Under the pieces are notes generated by a model that was given only the letters and a program-made list of their open reading frames with translations, had not been told where the DNA came from and made no database searches. Made by a program: the position numbers and the translations under genes. DNA of 48,078 bases from Oscillospiraceae bacterium. Lineage in GTDB: Bacteria; Bacillota; Clostridia; Oscillospirales; Ruminococcaceae. Location of the stretch: positions 1-48,078 of the forward strand of contig JAIEDJ010000168.1 of assembly GCA_029068025.1 (NCBI GenBank). The letters run 5' to 3'. Shown piece by piece: positions 18,862 through 30,219 of this stretch. Every line of letters begins with the position of its first letter. Position 1 is the first letter of the stretch.

Positions 18862-19057
18862 CTGTCCACATAGCCCGAAATGTTCGGATTGCGTAGCAAA
18901 TTTTTCGCAGAACGAGGAAATATTTTGCAGGCGTACTGTATGTACGCATTATGCCTTCAGCAAAACGCTCAAGAAAAATTGACGAAGTTATGCGGAAAAT
19001 TTGAAGCTCGCTTGCGAGATTTAGTGCAAGACGGGCGTTGAACGGCTATGTGGACAG
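18862..19057. repeat. Family-C long imperfect palindrome (copy C3)
   Basis: 14-bp terminal IR CTGTCCACATAGCC; about 50-bp core nearly identical to C2. Confidence 0.75.
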
Positions 19058-19061
19058 GTTC

Positions 19062-20246
19062 TTATTCGCTGTCGCGGCTTGCCATAGCTGCGGCAAGTTT
19101 CAGCGCCTCCTCGCCCGAGCCGCGAATGTTGAAAAACAGAAATTCCTCTTCAAAAAGATTTCCGTCAACGGGACGCTGCGCCAGATTGATATATGCCAGA
19201 TACACCGCACTCTGCTCCGCAAGCACACGCGCACGATGAACTATCTCATCTGTAAGATTTGCCGTAATGAGCACCATCATAGCGGCGGTGGTTTTGTCCG
19301 ATTCGTCTACTATCGCAGCAAAGTCTGTCTTTTCGTTCGTTATCGGCAGGACTGCCATCAGCTCATAGAAGTTCTCGAATTCCCCGGCGTTTGAGATGCG
19401 TATAAGATCTCTGTCGGCAGATCTTCCAAGATCCACAGCGGCATATATGCCGTTATCTAATGCTGCCTGCACAAAGGCAAGCGCGGTTTCTATAATAGTG
19501 TCGGTCTTGAGAAGAACGTCCGCGTCTATTCCGCTCCAGTCGCACAAAACCAGCGCTCGCCGGTCGTTTATGCTGTCATAATGCTTTATCATAAGCTCGT
19601 CGAGCTTTGCGGTGAGCTTCCAGTGTACCATCTGCATGATATCGCCGTCATGATAATCACGGACGTGTGAGAAGTCCTCTTTCTCAAACGTTATGGGATT
19701 CGGACGTGTGAAATTCTGCTCTCCCACAGAATTGGAAATGATATCTTCAAGTGTGAGCTTTCTCGGAACAAAGACCATTGAAAGCTCCCTTTTTGATTTC
19801 TTGGATATCTTGATGATACGAAGCGGATCTACTACTGCGATCTTTTCTATTGTGCAGACGTAACAGCCGCGATACAGGTGCTTTCCCTCGATCGCGAGAC
19901 GCGCCTTGCCGAACGGCGGCAGCGAAATATAAACGCGCTTTTCACAGAACGTTCCTCCGTCAAGATCCGGCATACGGCAGATCATTTCCATAGGCGAACA
20001 AGGGAGAAACAAATCATTGTTTACTATAAGGTAATATTCAAACGGAACATTTTTTTCGGCAACAACGCGTGTGCCTTCAAACCCTGCCTTGACAAAGATC
20101 AGCTGGAGCGCCGTCAAAATCGCAGCGACTGCCGGATAGAGCAGCACCACAAACAAAAGTACAGCTGTGACCCTCGAGGAATAGATCATCGAAAAAGCTA
20201 TGCACACTATTGCCAGCAAAATATAAACGATTCTGTTACGGATCAT
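19062..20246 (-). CDS. DUF58 domain membrane protein
   Basis: N-terminal TM helices, RG.Y, DPL, VRDYHDGD...VHWKLTAK motif; follows MoxR. Confidence 0.88.
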   Translation of the reverse strand: MIRNRIVYILLAIVCIAFSMIYSSRVTAVLLFVVLLYPAVAAILTALQLIFVKAGFEGTRVVAEKNVPFEYYLIVNNDLFLPCSPMEMICRMPDLDGGTFCEKRVYISLPPFGKARLAIEGKHLYRGCYVCTIEKIAVVDPLRIIKISKKSKRELSMVFVPRKLTLEDIISNSVGEQNFTRPNPITFEKEDFSHVRDYHDGDIMQMVHWKLTAKLDELMIKHYDSINDRRALVLCDWSGIDADVLLKTDTIIETALAFVQAALDNGIYAAVDLGRSADRDLIRISNAGEFENFYELMAVLPITNEKTDFAAIVDESDKTTAAMMVLITANLTDEIVHRARVLAEQSAVYLAYINLAQRPVDGNLFEEEFLFFNIRGSGEEALKLAAAMASRDSE

Positions 20247-20248
20247 GT

Positions 20249-21202
<954 letters not shown>

Positions 21203-21393
21203 AAGTAATTACCTTTCCGGAATGAGGGACGTTCACACGTCATAAGCGGTGAAATTCCCTGTGGAATATTAATATAAAAAAATATCGGCAGCGTTTGCAT
21301 GAACGCACTCTATTATATTTTAACATATTTTAATAAGAAAATCAACCGATTTTTCAAAAAAATAATAAATATGCCGCAGCTTTTATGGCAAAC

Positions 21394-21425
21394 AAAAAAC
21401 CGATCCCGTTTGGGGATCGGTCTTT
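21394..21425 (-). terminator. Terminator of che operon
   Basis: ACCGATCCC/GGGATCGGT hairpin with U-run on minus strand. Confidence 0.7.
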
Positions 21426-21426
21426 G

Positions 21427-22644
21427 TTATGTCAGACTGTTAAGTATAATATCCGCGATCTTATACAGCGGCGCTTGTACCTCCACTGCTCCGATCTTAT
21501 ACGCTTCCATAGGCATTCCGTATACAACACAGGTCTCTTTGTCCTGACCAATGGTGAACGCTCCGCGCTGACGCATTTTCAGCAGTCCATCCGCGCCGTC
21601 GCGTCCCATTCCGGTAAGTATCGCGCCGATTGCCTGGGGGCCCGCAACCTCCGCTACGGAGTTGAACATTACATCGACCGACGGACAGTGCCCCGATACC
21701 TTTTCACCGGGCTTTGAGGATACGTACCAGCCCCTCGCGTCCTTGCACAAGCGAAGGTGATTCTCACCCGCTCCGATTACGATAAGTCCGCTTCTCAGAC
21801 GGTCTCCGTCCGCGGCTTCCTTTACCTCCATCATACATGAGCGGTTGAGCCGCTCCGCATACAGCTTTGTAAATCCCGCAGGCATATGCTGAACAATAAT
21901 AACAGGCGGCGTATCCTTCGGAAAATGCTTGATCACCTGCTCCAGCGCCTCAGTGCCTCCGGTGGACGCTCCGAGCGCTATGATCGTATCGGAACGCTTG
22001 AATTTTCCGCGCCTTGATGCCGGTACGGCGCTTGCCGGCGCGGCATCCGCAGCTTCCGTCATTGATGACGGCCTCATTCCCGAGGTAGTCGAGGAAAGAC
22101 TTGATCTTCTTTCGTTTACGATCTTTTCCGCCATTGCCGCAGTCTCGGCAATGTTGCTTGTACCGGATCTGACGGCTGAAGTCATAGGGCTTACGCCTGC
22201 CGATTGGGCTTTTCCGAACGGGGTCTTGGTGACGTCTATGCTTGAATTCGGATGATTTGATTTATAAGCTCTGCGTACAGCGCCGCACAGCTGAGCCGCG
22301 AATTTCTCCATGTCGGCGTTTGTGCGCGCCGCGGGCTTTGAAAGGAATTCCACCGCTCCCGCAGACTTACAGTCATTTTTTCTCGCTTCCGAGCTTGAAA
22401 CCACGATAGTGGGAATATAATACTGCGGCAGCAGATTTTTTAAGAAAGCCACTCCGTCCATTCGCGGCATTTCAAGATCCAGCGTCATAACATGGGGTTC
22501 ATATTTCAGGATCATATCCCGTGCCGAATACGCGTCGCCGACTTTTCCAACGATCTGTATCATATCGTCCTGAAGAATGTAGCGTGACAGCACTTCCCTG
22601 AAGAGTATGGAGTCGTCCACAACTAAAAGCTTGATTCTATCCAT
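21427..22644 (-). CDS. cheB: Chemotaxis methylesterase CheB (REC plus methylesterase, long linker)
   Basis: LLVVDDS, TLDLEMPRMDG, GASTGG, VQHMP, HCPSVD, ILTGMGRDGA, VVYGMP. Confidence 0.95.
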   Translation of the reverse strand: MDRIKLLVVDDSILFREVLSRYILQDDMIQIVGKVGDAYSARDMILKYEPHVMTLDLEMPRMDGVAFLKNLLPQYYIPTIVVSSSEARKNDCKSAGAVEFLSKPAARTNADMEKFAAQLCGAVRRAYKSNHPNSSIDVTKTPFGKAQSAGVSPMTSAVRSGTSNIAETAAMAEKIVNERRSSLSSTTSGMRPSSMTEAADAAPASAVPASRRGKFKRSDTIIALGASTGGTEALEQVIKHFPKDTPPVIIVQHMPAGFTKLYAERLNRSCMMEVKEAADGDRLRSGLIVIGAGENHLRLCKDARGWYVSSKPGEKVSGHCPSVDVMFNSVAEVAGPQAIGAILTGMGRDGADGLLKMRQRGAFTIGQDKETCVVYGMPMEAYKIGAVEVQAPLYKIADIILNSLT

Positions 22645-22771
22645 AATAAAACAAACAACTCCTAATTGATAGATCATCAGACTGTCATCAGCCGTGTCAG
22701 CGGCAAATATACGCCAAAAAGACAGCTTATTGACAGTCCGATATATGGCATTATATGCAGCTTGCTGATGA

Positions 22772-23602
22772 TCAGTTTTCTCTGCGGCGGTAAATAGCCG
22801 GCTGAATGTAATCGAATTTGGTCTCGGAACGGCTTACGCTCTCCGCGTGACCGATATAGAAATAACCTCCGGGCTTTACCACATCATAAAATCTGTTGAC
22901 CAGAGCCTGCTTTGTCGGCTGGTCAAAGTAGATCATAACGTTTCTGCAGAAAATAAGATCAAACGGCTTTGCCTTGTATTTATCCGGCATGGGATCCATA
23001 AGGTTGAATGTCTTGAAAATAACCTCATCCTTTATTCCCTGGCAGATCTCATATTTTCCGTTGCCGAGATTATTGAAATAACGCGCCTTCCACTCATTGG
23101 AAAGCCCCTTCATTCCGTCCTCGCTGTATATACCCGCCTTTGCCTTGCCGATAACGTTCTGAGAGATGTCAGTCGCAAGGATCCTGGTGTCCCACTTGGC
23201 CTTTTCCGTCCCGAAATACTGATCGAGAAGCATGGCTGTGGTATAACATTCCTCGCCCGATGAACAAGCCGCGCTCCATATTCTCAGAACATGATCCTTC
23301 TCACAGACCTTAACCATATACGGAAGGATCGTATCCTTCAAAAATGTATAGTGCTCCGGTTCACGCATAAAGAACGTATGATTGGTCGTCAGCTTGTTCA
23401 ATATCGTTGTGACCTCCGCGCCCGTGGAATCCGCGAGCACGGCGTCAAGATATTCATCATAGTTTTTAAAACCTCTGTCGCTGAGCATATTTCCGAGTCT
23501 GCCCTGTACGAGAACCTTTTTTGCGGAAAGATTTATTCCATAGCTGTCGTACATATATTTAACAAGACGTTGAAACTCAGCCTCAGTTATTTCCAGACCC
23601 AA
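22772..23602 (-). CDS. cheR: Chemotaxis methyltransferase CheR
   Basis: TTNHTFFMRE, RIWSAACSSGEE.Y, ATDIS, DLIFCRNVMIYF, IGHAE. Confidence 0.95.
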   Translation of the reverse strand: MGLEITEAEFQRLVKYMYDSYGINLSAKKVLVQGRLGNMLSDRGFKNYDEYLDAVLADSTGAEVTTILNKLTTNHTFFMREPEHYTFLKDTILPYMVKVCEKDHVLRIWSAACSSGEECYTTAMLLDQYFGTEKAKWDTRILATDISQNVIGKAKAGIYSEDGMKGLSNEWKARYFNNLGNGKYEICQGIKDEVIFKTFNLMDPMPDKYKAKPFDLIFCRNVMIYFDQPTKQALVNRFYDVVKPGGYFYIGHAESVSRSETKFDYIQPAIYRRREN

Positions 23603-23605
23603 TTT

Positions 23606-24112
23606 TTAAACCTCCTGTTCGTCCAACAGCTTTGCAACGTCCAGAATGAGCTTGGTGTTGTCTCCTTCCCCGCGGATCATATATTGAATAAACTCGTTTG
23701 TGTTTACGTTTTTGTTCTCGGGGGTTGCGGAGATATCGCCGGTGTGGATATCCTCGACATCCGCAACGCTGTCAACAATGATCCCGACAGTAACGTCGTT
23801 GAAGTTCAGCGTGATAATACACGTATGGCTGGTATACGGGATCTCGGGCTTTCCGAAGCGCGTTCTGATATCCACAATGGGAACTACCTTAGAACGCACA
23901 TTGATAATGCCCTTGATGTAGTTCGGAACATGCGGAACCTTTGTGATATGCGGTATGCTGATAATTTCAATAATATACTGTATCTCAATACCATAGACCT
24001 GATCTCCGATATTGAAGGTCATAACCTTTCCGAGAATACTGTTGTCGGCAGCCAGCTTTCTGTCACCCGACTGCTGTTTTGCGACAGCTTCCTTTATAAC
24101 ATCATTAGTCAT
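23606..24112 (-). CDS. cheW: Chemotaxis adaptor CheW
   Basis: YGIEI..I.EII, ITKVP..P.YIKGIINVR, GIIVDSV. Confidence 0.95.
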   Translation of the reverse strand: MTNDVIKEAVAKQQSGDRKLAADNSILGKVMTFNIGDQVYGIEIQYIIEIISIPHITKVPHVPNYIKGIINVRSKVVPIVDIRTRFGKPEIPYTSHTCIITLNFNDVTVGIIVDSVADVEDIHTGDISATPENKNVNTNEFIQYMIRGEGDNTKLILDVAKLLDEQEV

Positions 24113-24189
24113 GTGAGTGATCCTCCTGATTTCAATTAATCCAAAGCCTCCGGTAAGCGGGACGCGGAGATTCGCGCCGCTTTCCGGGA

Positions 24190-26334
24190 TCAGCCGATAA
24201 GAGTATTTGTATCAATGATAAGCGAAATGCTTCCGTCGCCCATGATAGTGCAGCCCGAGAGACCCTCGCCCTTGATATTGTATCGTGACAGATACTTCGG
24301 GAACGGCTTTACAACTACCTGCTGCTCGCCGATAAGCTTGTCGGCGAAAATGCACACGCTCTTGTTGTCCGTCTCAACCAACAGCAGAATACCGTCTTCG
24401 AGATTTACGACGTCGGTCTCAATGCCGAACTTTTCGTGCATACGAAGGATCGGATAGCATACGCCTCTGATCATGATCATTTCGTTTCCGCCCGTATCGC
24501 GGAGGATCTGGGATGTCTCGACCTTAAAGCTCTCACGGATGGTGGAGATCGGAACGGTGAATACAAGGTCTCCGACCGTTACCTCCATACCGTCGATTAT
24601 AGCCAGCGTCAGCGGGATCTTGATAATGAAGTTTGTGCCGACGCCCTTCTTGGAGTCAACGATGATAGTACCGTTGCACTTTTCTATGTTAGCTTTAACA
24701 ACGTCCATGCCGACACCGCGCCCCGAGAACTCGGTTACTTGCTCGTTCGTTGAGAAGCCGGGCAGCAGGATAAGGTTCTGGATCTCCTTTTCGGAGTATT
24801 CGCTCTCGGGTTTGACAAGCAGACCCATGCGTCTTGCCTTATCCATGATCTTGTCGGGGTCGATACCCGCACCGTCGTCCGATACAGTGATAACGACCTC
24901 ACCGGAGGAGTTCTGCGCGGTGAGCTTGAGCGTTCCCTTCTCGGGCTTGCCGGCGTAAAGTCTGTCCTCAACATTCTCCTCAATGCCGTGATCCATACAG
25001 TTTCTTACAAGGTGCATCAGCGGATCCTGCAGGCTGTCAACGATGGACTTGTCTACCTCGGTGTCCTCACCCTCCATAACGAATTCAACGTCCTTGTTGA
25101 GTTTCTTGCGCATATCACGCACGATTCTGTTCATCTTCTGGAATACGCCCGCGAGCGGAACCATTCTGATGGACATGACCGTATCCTGAAGCTCGCTTGT
25201 GAGCTTCTTAAGATCTCTGGCTGCCTTGTTGAAGGATTCCAGCTCCAGACCCTCGAGGTCGGGGTTGGAGATAACCATAGACTCGGTGGTGATGATCTCA
25301 CCGACGATATCATGCAGCGCGTCCAGCTTCGCGAGGTTTACGCTTATGAGGTTCTGCTTCTGAGCGCCGCCTGCGGCATTCGCGTTTGCAACAGCCACGG
25401 CAGCTTGAGCGTTTTCAACAGCCTTGTCGTTTGAGGGCTTGGGCGCGGGTGCAGGCTTGGGCGCGGGAGCGGGCTTGGGAGCTTCTGCTGGCTTTTCAAG
25501 CTTGACATCCGCCTTAGGCTCGGGAGGAAGCTCCGCCTTGGGAGCCTCTGCGGCAGGCGCGGAAGCCGCTGTCTCGGAGTCGGAAATAATCTCATAGGAC
25601 TGAACGTTCAAAGCGGATTCGATCAGCTTGAGAATGTAGTTCTTGTCGTCCTTTTCGGAGAATGTGATAACGAAGCCGTGCTCCACGATCTCCTTTGAGG
25701 ACTCGGCGTTAGTCTCAACATCGGCGGGAGAGAACTCCAGGAAAGAGCACTCCTCACGAATAGTGTTGATAAGAAGGAACGCGCGAAGATTTTCCATCTG
25801 GCAGCCTTCCTCAAAGAATACCCGCACAGAGACCTTTCCGGAGCCTGCGGGAGCGGCAGCGCTGCCCGAGCCGTTTCCGCCCGCGGCGGTGTCCGGCGCT
25901 TCTCCGTTTGCCTCTTTTGCAAGCTGATCGCGAGCCTTGAGCAGCTTGCCGACAAGTTCTTCAAAATCTGTCTTTTCATACTCGCCGTTTATGTTGTTCT
26001 GAATAGCCTCTATCTGGGCTTTATATGAGTCCGAGACCTGGAAGACCAGATCGTAAACAAAGCTTACGTCGGTAATAACGTCCGGCTTTTCGCGGATAAT
26101 AAAGAACATATCCTCCGCCTTATGCGCGAGCACGGACAGATTGTCAAAGCCCATCATAGCGGACGAGCCCTTGATAGTGTGCATTATACGGAAGATCTCC
26201 GTGATATCGTCGCTCTCAAAAGCATTGGCCGTTTCGGTGCGAAGCAGTATTTCGTCCAATTGCTCAAGCAGAGAATTGGTCTCATAGAAATACATATCAA
26301 GCATTGCTTCCATTCCGGGTTCGATTTTTGCCAT
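24190..26334 (-). CDS. cheA: Chemotaxis histidine kinase CheA
   Basis: Hpt IFRIMHTIKGSS, P2, Pro/Ala linker, HLVRNCMDHGIE, DDGAG, SGRGVGMDVV, C-terminal CheW domain. Confidence 0.96.
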   Translation of the reverse strand: MAKIEPGMEAMLDMYFYETNSLLEQLDEILLRTETANAFESDDITEIFRIMHTIKGSSAMMGFDNLSVLAHKAEDMFFIIREKPDVITDVSFVYDLVFQVSDSYKAQIEAIQNNINGEYEKTDFEELVGKLLKARDQLAKEANGEAPDTAAGGNGSGSAAAPAGSGKVSVRVFFEEGCQMENLRAFLLINTIREECSFLEFSPADVETNAESSKEIVEHGFVITFSEKDDKNYILKLIESALNVQSYEIISDSETAASAPAAEAPKAELPPEPKADVKLEKPAEAPKPAPAPKPAPAPKPSNDKAVENAQAAVAVANANAAGGAQKQNLISVNLAKLDALHDIVGEIITTESMVISNPDLEGLELESFNKAARDLKKLTSELQDTVMSIRMVPLAGVFQKMNRIVRDMRKKLNKDVEFVMEGEDTEVDKSIVDSLQDPLMHLVRNCMDHGIEENVEDRLYAGKPEKGTLKLTAQNSSGEVVITVSDDGAGIDPDKIMDKARRMGLLVKPESEYSEKEIQNLILLPGFSTNEQVTEFSGRGVGMDVVKANIEKCNGTIIVDSKKGVGTNFIIKIPLTLAIIDGMEVTVGDLVFTVPISTIRESFKVETSQILRDTGGNEMIMIRGVCYPILRMHEKFGIETDVVNLEDGILLLVETDNKSVCIFADKLIGEQQVVVKPFPKYLSRYNIKGEGLSGCTIMGDGSISLIIDTNTLIG

Positions 26335-26541
26335 AATTCTCAGTTCCTTTCCAAATACGCAGTATGCGTTTATTTTTTAACTTTAATTGATTTATAGTTA
26401 AAGAATTGCCTCGGATAAGACGATAATATATTTATATATCCGCAGCGATTCTAAAATTTTTTTCAAAAAGCTCTTTATTATTCTGTTGAAATATGCTAGA
26501 ATATAGTTAAAGAGTTTATTTTACCTTTGGAGGGTACGATC

Positions 26542-28596
26542 ATGGCGCAGATTCCTCAGATAAATAACCCCATAACCTCGAAGAACTATAATTACAGTCC
26601 GCGTCAGCAGGACGCCAACACCGAACCGTTTGATATTGTAAAGCTCACAGGCGTGGGCAGCGCGGGAGTCAATTCCGATTCCGCCGCCAAAAGCCGCCTT
26701 GAGATGGGCAACCGCGAGCTTATTCCGCTTCAGGTACAAATCGCCAAGGATCCGACGCTTGCCGTCGAGATGCTTAAGGATCTGCTCAACGTCGAGGTGC
26801 TCAATCAAGCGCTCATCACAGGTCACACCGAGCTTTACGGAAGTCTGGAAAATCTTGCCAAGGAGCTGTATGTAACTCCCGAGCAGCTGGTTCAGGAGAT
26901 CATCAACCAGGAGCAGCAGAACACGATGTTCTCGGGCCACGAATTCTACGATGTTCTGCGTGAGGTCGCTCAGACGACCACGGATCCCGGAACGAAGGAG
27001 CTGATCGGCGGACTTCTCAAGTCCATAAATTTCGCTCAGAACCGCCAGGAGATCCTCGGCGCGCTGCGCGCCAATCTGAAATTCCTGTCGGAATATTATT
27101 CGCCGAACGAAAAGCTGTCCGAAAAACTGTTCAACCTTTCTCAGGAGTGGGGAGCGGAGGATGCCGAGAATTATTTCGATTACCTCAAAGGGGAAACGCT
27201 CTCGATACTTGACGATGTAACGGGCAGCCTGCTCAACGATGACAAGACCCAGATGCTTATTCCGCTGATCAAGCACAATCTCTCTCGTTACAACAACAGC
27301 CCGTATATGTGCAAGGAGTATTTCAATCTCCTGCTGACACAGATCTCTTCGGGAACCGTCCGCGAGGCGCTTAAGAATTCCTTCAACCGTCTGTACGCGG
27401 CACTGTTCGAGAAAAAGCCCATGCAGGATCCTCAGAACAAGTGGACGATGGAGGACATAGGATCTATGTCCGATGATGACGTCTACAATGATTATACAAC
27501 AAACCGTGATCAAAATCAACCTTTTTTGGGCGAAACCGAGTTAAAAAACAACGGTTTTGAAGGCGTTGAAAACCAAAATCAGCAAAGCGACCAATTTTCG
27601 GACGAAAATTTTAGCGAAAATGACGATGATGTGGATCTTGAGACCATCAACAACGCCATAAACGCTTCCAAAAATCAGTCAGAAGAACAGCAGACCGAAA
27701 ATCTTACGGGCTGGCAGAAGGCGCTTAACGATATTATGAGCGGACGCGGTTATTCTCAGCAGCTTAAGGATTCGGGCTATAATATAGAGCACATTCTCGC
27801 GAACTATAACCGCGGCAAGCTGAGCGGAATGGACGCGCTGAGAATGTTGTCGGAAGGACTGTTTCTCGGAGATCAGGCATACGGCGATAACGTGAGTGAA
27901 ATGCTCGCGGGCTTCGGACGAGTAAACACCATGCAGGAGCTTATCGACAATCTGAACTCCATGCTTCGCGGAATGCCTGATATCCCTCTGCGCGAGCGGC
28001 TGTACGGCGTATTTGTGGATATTATCGAAAAGATGTCCGTCAAGAACGAGCTGCCGCAGCACGGCATACGTCCTCCGGTAAGCTCGACGCTGGACAACCT
28101 CACGGATTTCATTCAGGCGAATATAAACAATCCCGCCCTGAAATCACTTGACAGCTTCAACGCCTCAAATCTGCTGCAGAGCCTGCTGAACGCTCCGGGA
28201 GTGTTCACGCCGCTCGCGCACTACATTCTGCCGCTTGACGTTGACGGCACAAGGGCGTTCGGAGAGCTGTGGGTGGATAACGATGAGAACAACCCGAACA
28301 ACACCCCCGGCACCCAGAGAAATTATCATTTGTTCCTGACGTTTGACGTTGAGAGTATCGGACGCTTTGAGCTGGATATGTACGCACTCGGCGAAGAGGT
28401 GAATATTTCGTTTATGTATCCGCCGAGATTTGAAAAGGCGGTCGACCCCTTGAAGGAGCGTGTCAATAAGATCGTTCGTTCGAGCGGCTATCAGACGCGA
28501 GCGTTTGAGACCGCGCCGCTTAAAAAGCCGCATAATCTGGTTGAGGTATTCCCTAAGATCACCGAAAAGAGAACGACTTTAAGCAAGAGAGTATAG
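26542..28596 (+). CDS. YlqG/FliK-like large helical protein upstream of FlhB-like gene
   Basis: 689-codon ORF with GGAGG RBS before ATG 26542. C-terminal GELWV...LFLTFDVESIGRFEL resembles FliK_C; adjacent to a FlhB-C-like gene. Confidence 0.6.
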   Translation: MAQIPQINNPITSKNYNYSPRQQDANTEPFDIVKLTGVGSAGVNSDSAAKSRLEMGNRELIPLQVQIAKDPTLAVEMLKDLLNVEVLNQALITGHTELYGSLENLAKELYVTPEQLVQEIINQEQQNTMFSGHEFYDVLREVAQTTTDPGTKELIGGLLKSINFAQNRQEILGALRANLKFLSEYYSPNEKLSEKLFNLSQEWGAEDAENYFDYLKGETLSILDDVTGSLLNDDKTQMLIPLIKHNLSRYNNSPYMCKEYFNLLLTQISSGTVREALKNSFNRLYAALFEKKPMQDPQNKWTMEDIGSMSDDDVYNDYTTNRDQNQPFLGETELKNNGFEGVENQNQQSDQFSDENFSENDDDVDLETINNAINASKNQSEEQQTENLTGWQKALNDIMSGRGYSQQLKDSGYNIEHILANYNRGKLSGMDALRMLSEGLFLGDQAYGDNVSEMLAGFGRVNTMQELIDNLNSMLRGMPDIPLRERLYGVFVDIIEKMSVKNELPQHGIRPPVSSTLDNLTDFIQANINNPALKSLDSFNASNLLQSLLNAPGVFTPLAHYILPLDVDGTRAFGELWVDNDENNPNNTPGTQRNYHLFLTFDVESIGRFELDMYALGEEVNISFMYPPRFEKAVDPLKERVNKIVRSSGYQTRAFETAPLKKPHNLVEVFPKITEKRTTLSKRV

Positions 28597-28613
28597 AATA
28601 AGATCAGCGTTTT

Positions 28614-28869
28614 AAACACGAAGCAAAGGATCTTAAGCCAAGATCAACTTTAAATCGTTCAGTGAATTTCAAAAAGAGTCGAAAAAATTTTTTCGACCGG
28701 TTCTCAATTGACGGCTAAGCGGAGCGGAGAATGCAACGTGGCATAGATCAGCGTAGCGGATGGGCAGCATCTTTCAAATGAGATCCATCAATAGTGATAA
28801 AATCTACCGTTGCATTTGGAACGCAGCGTGCCGCCAATTGAGAATTTTGAAATTCTTTTAAATAAGGAG
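28614..28869 (+). repeat. Family-B structured repeat (copy B1) ending on the Shine-Dalgarno of the downstream gene
   Basis: GCAAAGGATCT.AGCCAAGATCAACT...GAATTTCAAA...GTCGAAAAAA/TTTTTTCGAC...CTCAATTGACGGC...GCCAATTGAG...TTTGAAATTCTTT.A.ATAAGGAG; homologous to 42182-42478 and 44559-44783. Confidence 0.8.
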
Positions 28870-28877
28870 AATAAGAT

Positions 28878-29195
28878 ATGCCAAAGCAACAACATCCCAT
28901 GCCGCCTGCCAATAACAAGCGGCTTTACGGGCAGAACGCCGCCGTTGCCCTGAAATACAATCCGGATATGAATTACGCTCCCGTTGTGGTAGCGTCGGGA
29001 CTTGGCGAGCTTGCGCAGAGGATCGTGAACATAGCGGACGAGTCAGGCGTGCCGATCTACCGTGACGACAGTGTTGCGGCGCTGCTTGTTATGCTCAACG
29101 CGGGAGAAACGATCCCCAAGGAGCTGTATCAGATAGTAGCAGCGATATACGCCGAGGTGGTCTACACCTCGGACAGAATGCGCAAGGAAAGTTAA
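28878..29195 (+). CDS. FlhB cytoplasmic-domain-like protein (YlqH/EscU family)
   Basis: AVALKY....APVVVASG.GELA.RI...A.E.GVPIY.D, IP.ELYQ.VA. Confidence 0.88.
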   Translation: MPKQQHPMPPANNKRLYGQNAAVALKYNPDMNYAPVVVASGLGELAQRIVNIADESGVPIYRDDSVAALLVMLNAGETIPKELYQIVAAIYAEVVYTSDRMRKES

Positions 29196-29233
29196 AAAAA
29201 CGCCGATCCCATTAAAAGGATCGGCGTTTTTTT
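29194..29233. terminator. Bidirectional terminator
   Basis: AAAAAAACGCCGATCC / GGATCGGCGTTTTTTT. Confidence 0.8.
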
Positions 29234-29242
29234 GTCTGTGAT

Positions 29243-30070
29243 TTAAAAGCTGAATGAGATATCTCCATAATAGATCTCTTTATAATGGTATAACGCGTCC
29301 TCACAGTTTTCGGAAAGCTCTGCGATCCTCAGTCCATTGTCCGTTCTGACAAGCCTTACAGTGAACTTATCCTCAATATCCTTCTCCATCTCCCATTCGA
29401 TCTTGTCTCCGAAGTCGGTCATATTGACCAATACGGTATTTTCATCGGGATATTCAATGCTGTTCAGTATGAGCTTGCTCATGCCCATTCCCATTCCGTA
29501 AGCGCCATAGTTGCGGATATAAAGATCACCGTCTTTAATCTTAATGAGGTCGCCAATGACCGGATCAAGAAACTCTGTTTTCAGATCCTCGGTGACAAGG
29601 CTGTCTAGCTTTTCGTTAAGCTCCGATTCGGTGCGCGGAAGAACACTTGTTATCTTATAATATACATTTTTATATGAAGAACCATCGGAGCCGATCACTT
29701 CAATATTTATTTTCTGAGAAGGGTCGGTTAATTTTTCTACCGAATCCGATCTTACTCTCCAATACAGATTTCCGTAGTCCTTCAGCATTTTAAAGATCTG
29801 CTCGGTCTCGGTGAGCTTTTTAGGCTTTTCGGTATTGCCGGCAGGATCGGAATTGTCAGGTTCGCCGCTTGATGCGAAATTTTCCGCGCCGCCTGGCTGA
29901 AAGCCCTGAGGATCGGAAGTATCATTTTTGTTGGAGCTTTCCGAATCAATTGTTGATGTTGAAGATGAACTGTCGGAGCTGTTTTCATCGTTTTGAGCTG
30001 AATTGTCGCAGCCTGTCAGTAACAAACAAGCGGCAAGCAGTGCGGCTATTGATATTTTAAGATGTTTCAT
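29243..30070 (-). CDS. Lipoprotein, possibly IseA-like DL-endopeptidase inhibitor domain
   Basis: Lipobox LLTGC, Ser/Asn-rich linker, T..EL...L....T...DGDLY pattern. Confidence 0.65.
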   Translation of the reverse strand: MKHLKISIAALLAACLLLTGCDNSAQNDENSSDSSSSTSTIDSESSNKNDTSDPQGFQPGGAENFASSGEPDNSDPAGNTEKPKKLTETEQIFKMLKDYGNLYWRVRSDSVEKLTDPSQKINIEVIGSDGSSYKNVYYKITSVLPRTESELNEKLDSLVTEDLKTEFLDPVIGDLIKIKDGDLYIRNYGAYGMGMGMSKLILNSIEYPDENTVLVNMTDFGDKIEWEMEKDIEDKFTVRLVRTDNGLRIAELSENCEDALYHYKEIYYGDISFSF

Positions 30071-30219
30071 CAGTGTGTCCTTTCAAAAACTTTTGTGAAT
30101 TTTGGTCTGATGAATGTTACCTTAATATTATAGTATATAGGTAAACGATTGTCAATGTGAGAATTAAACAAAACACGGTTTAATAATTATCCCTAATATT
30201 GAAAAAACGCCAAATATTG

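Noticed and set aside
25436-25480. 18-bp tandem repeat in cheA
   Set aside because: Encodes an ordinary KPAPAP Pro/Ala linker; in frame, with no phase-variation signature
26335-26520. Sigma-28 promoter for the che operon
   Set aside because: GCGGATAT resembles a -10, but no properly spaced TAAA -35 was found
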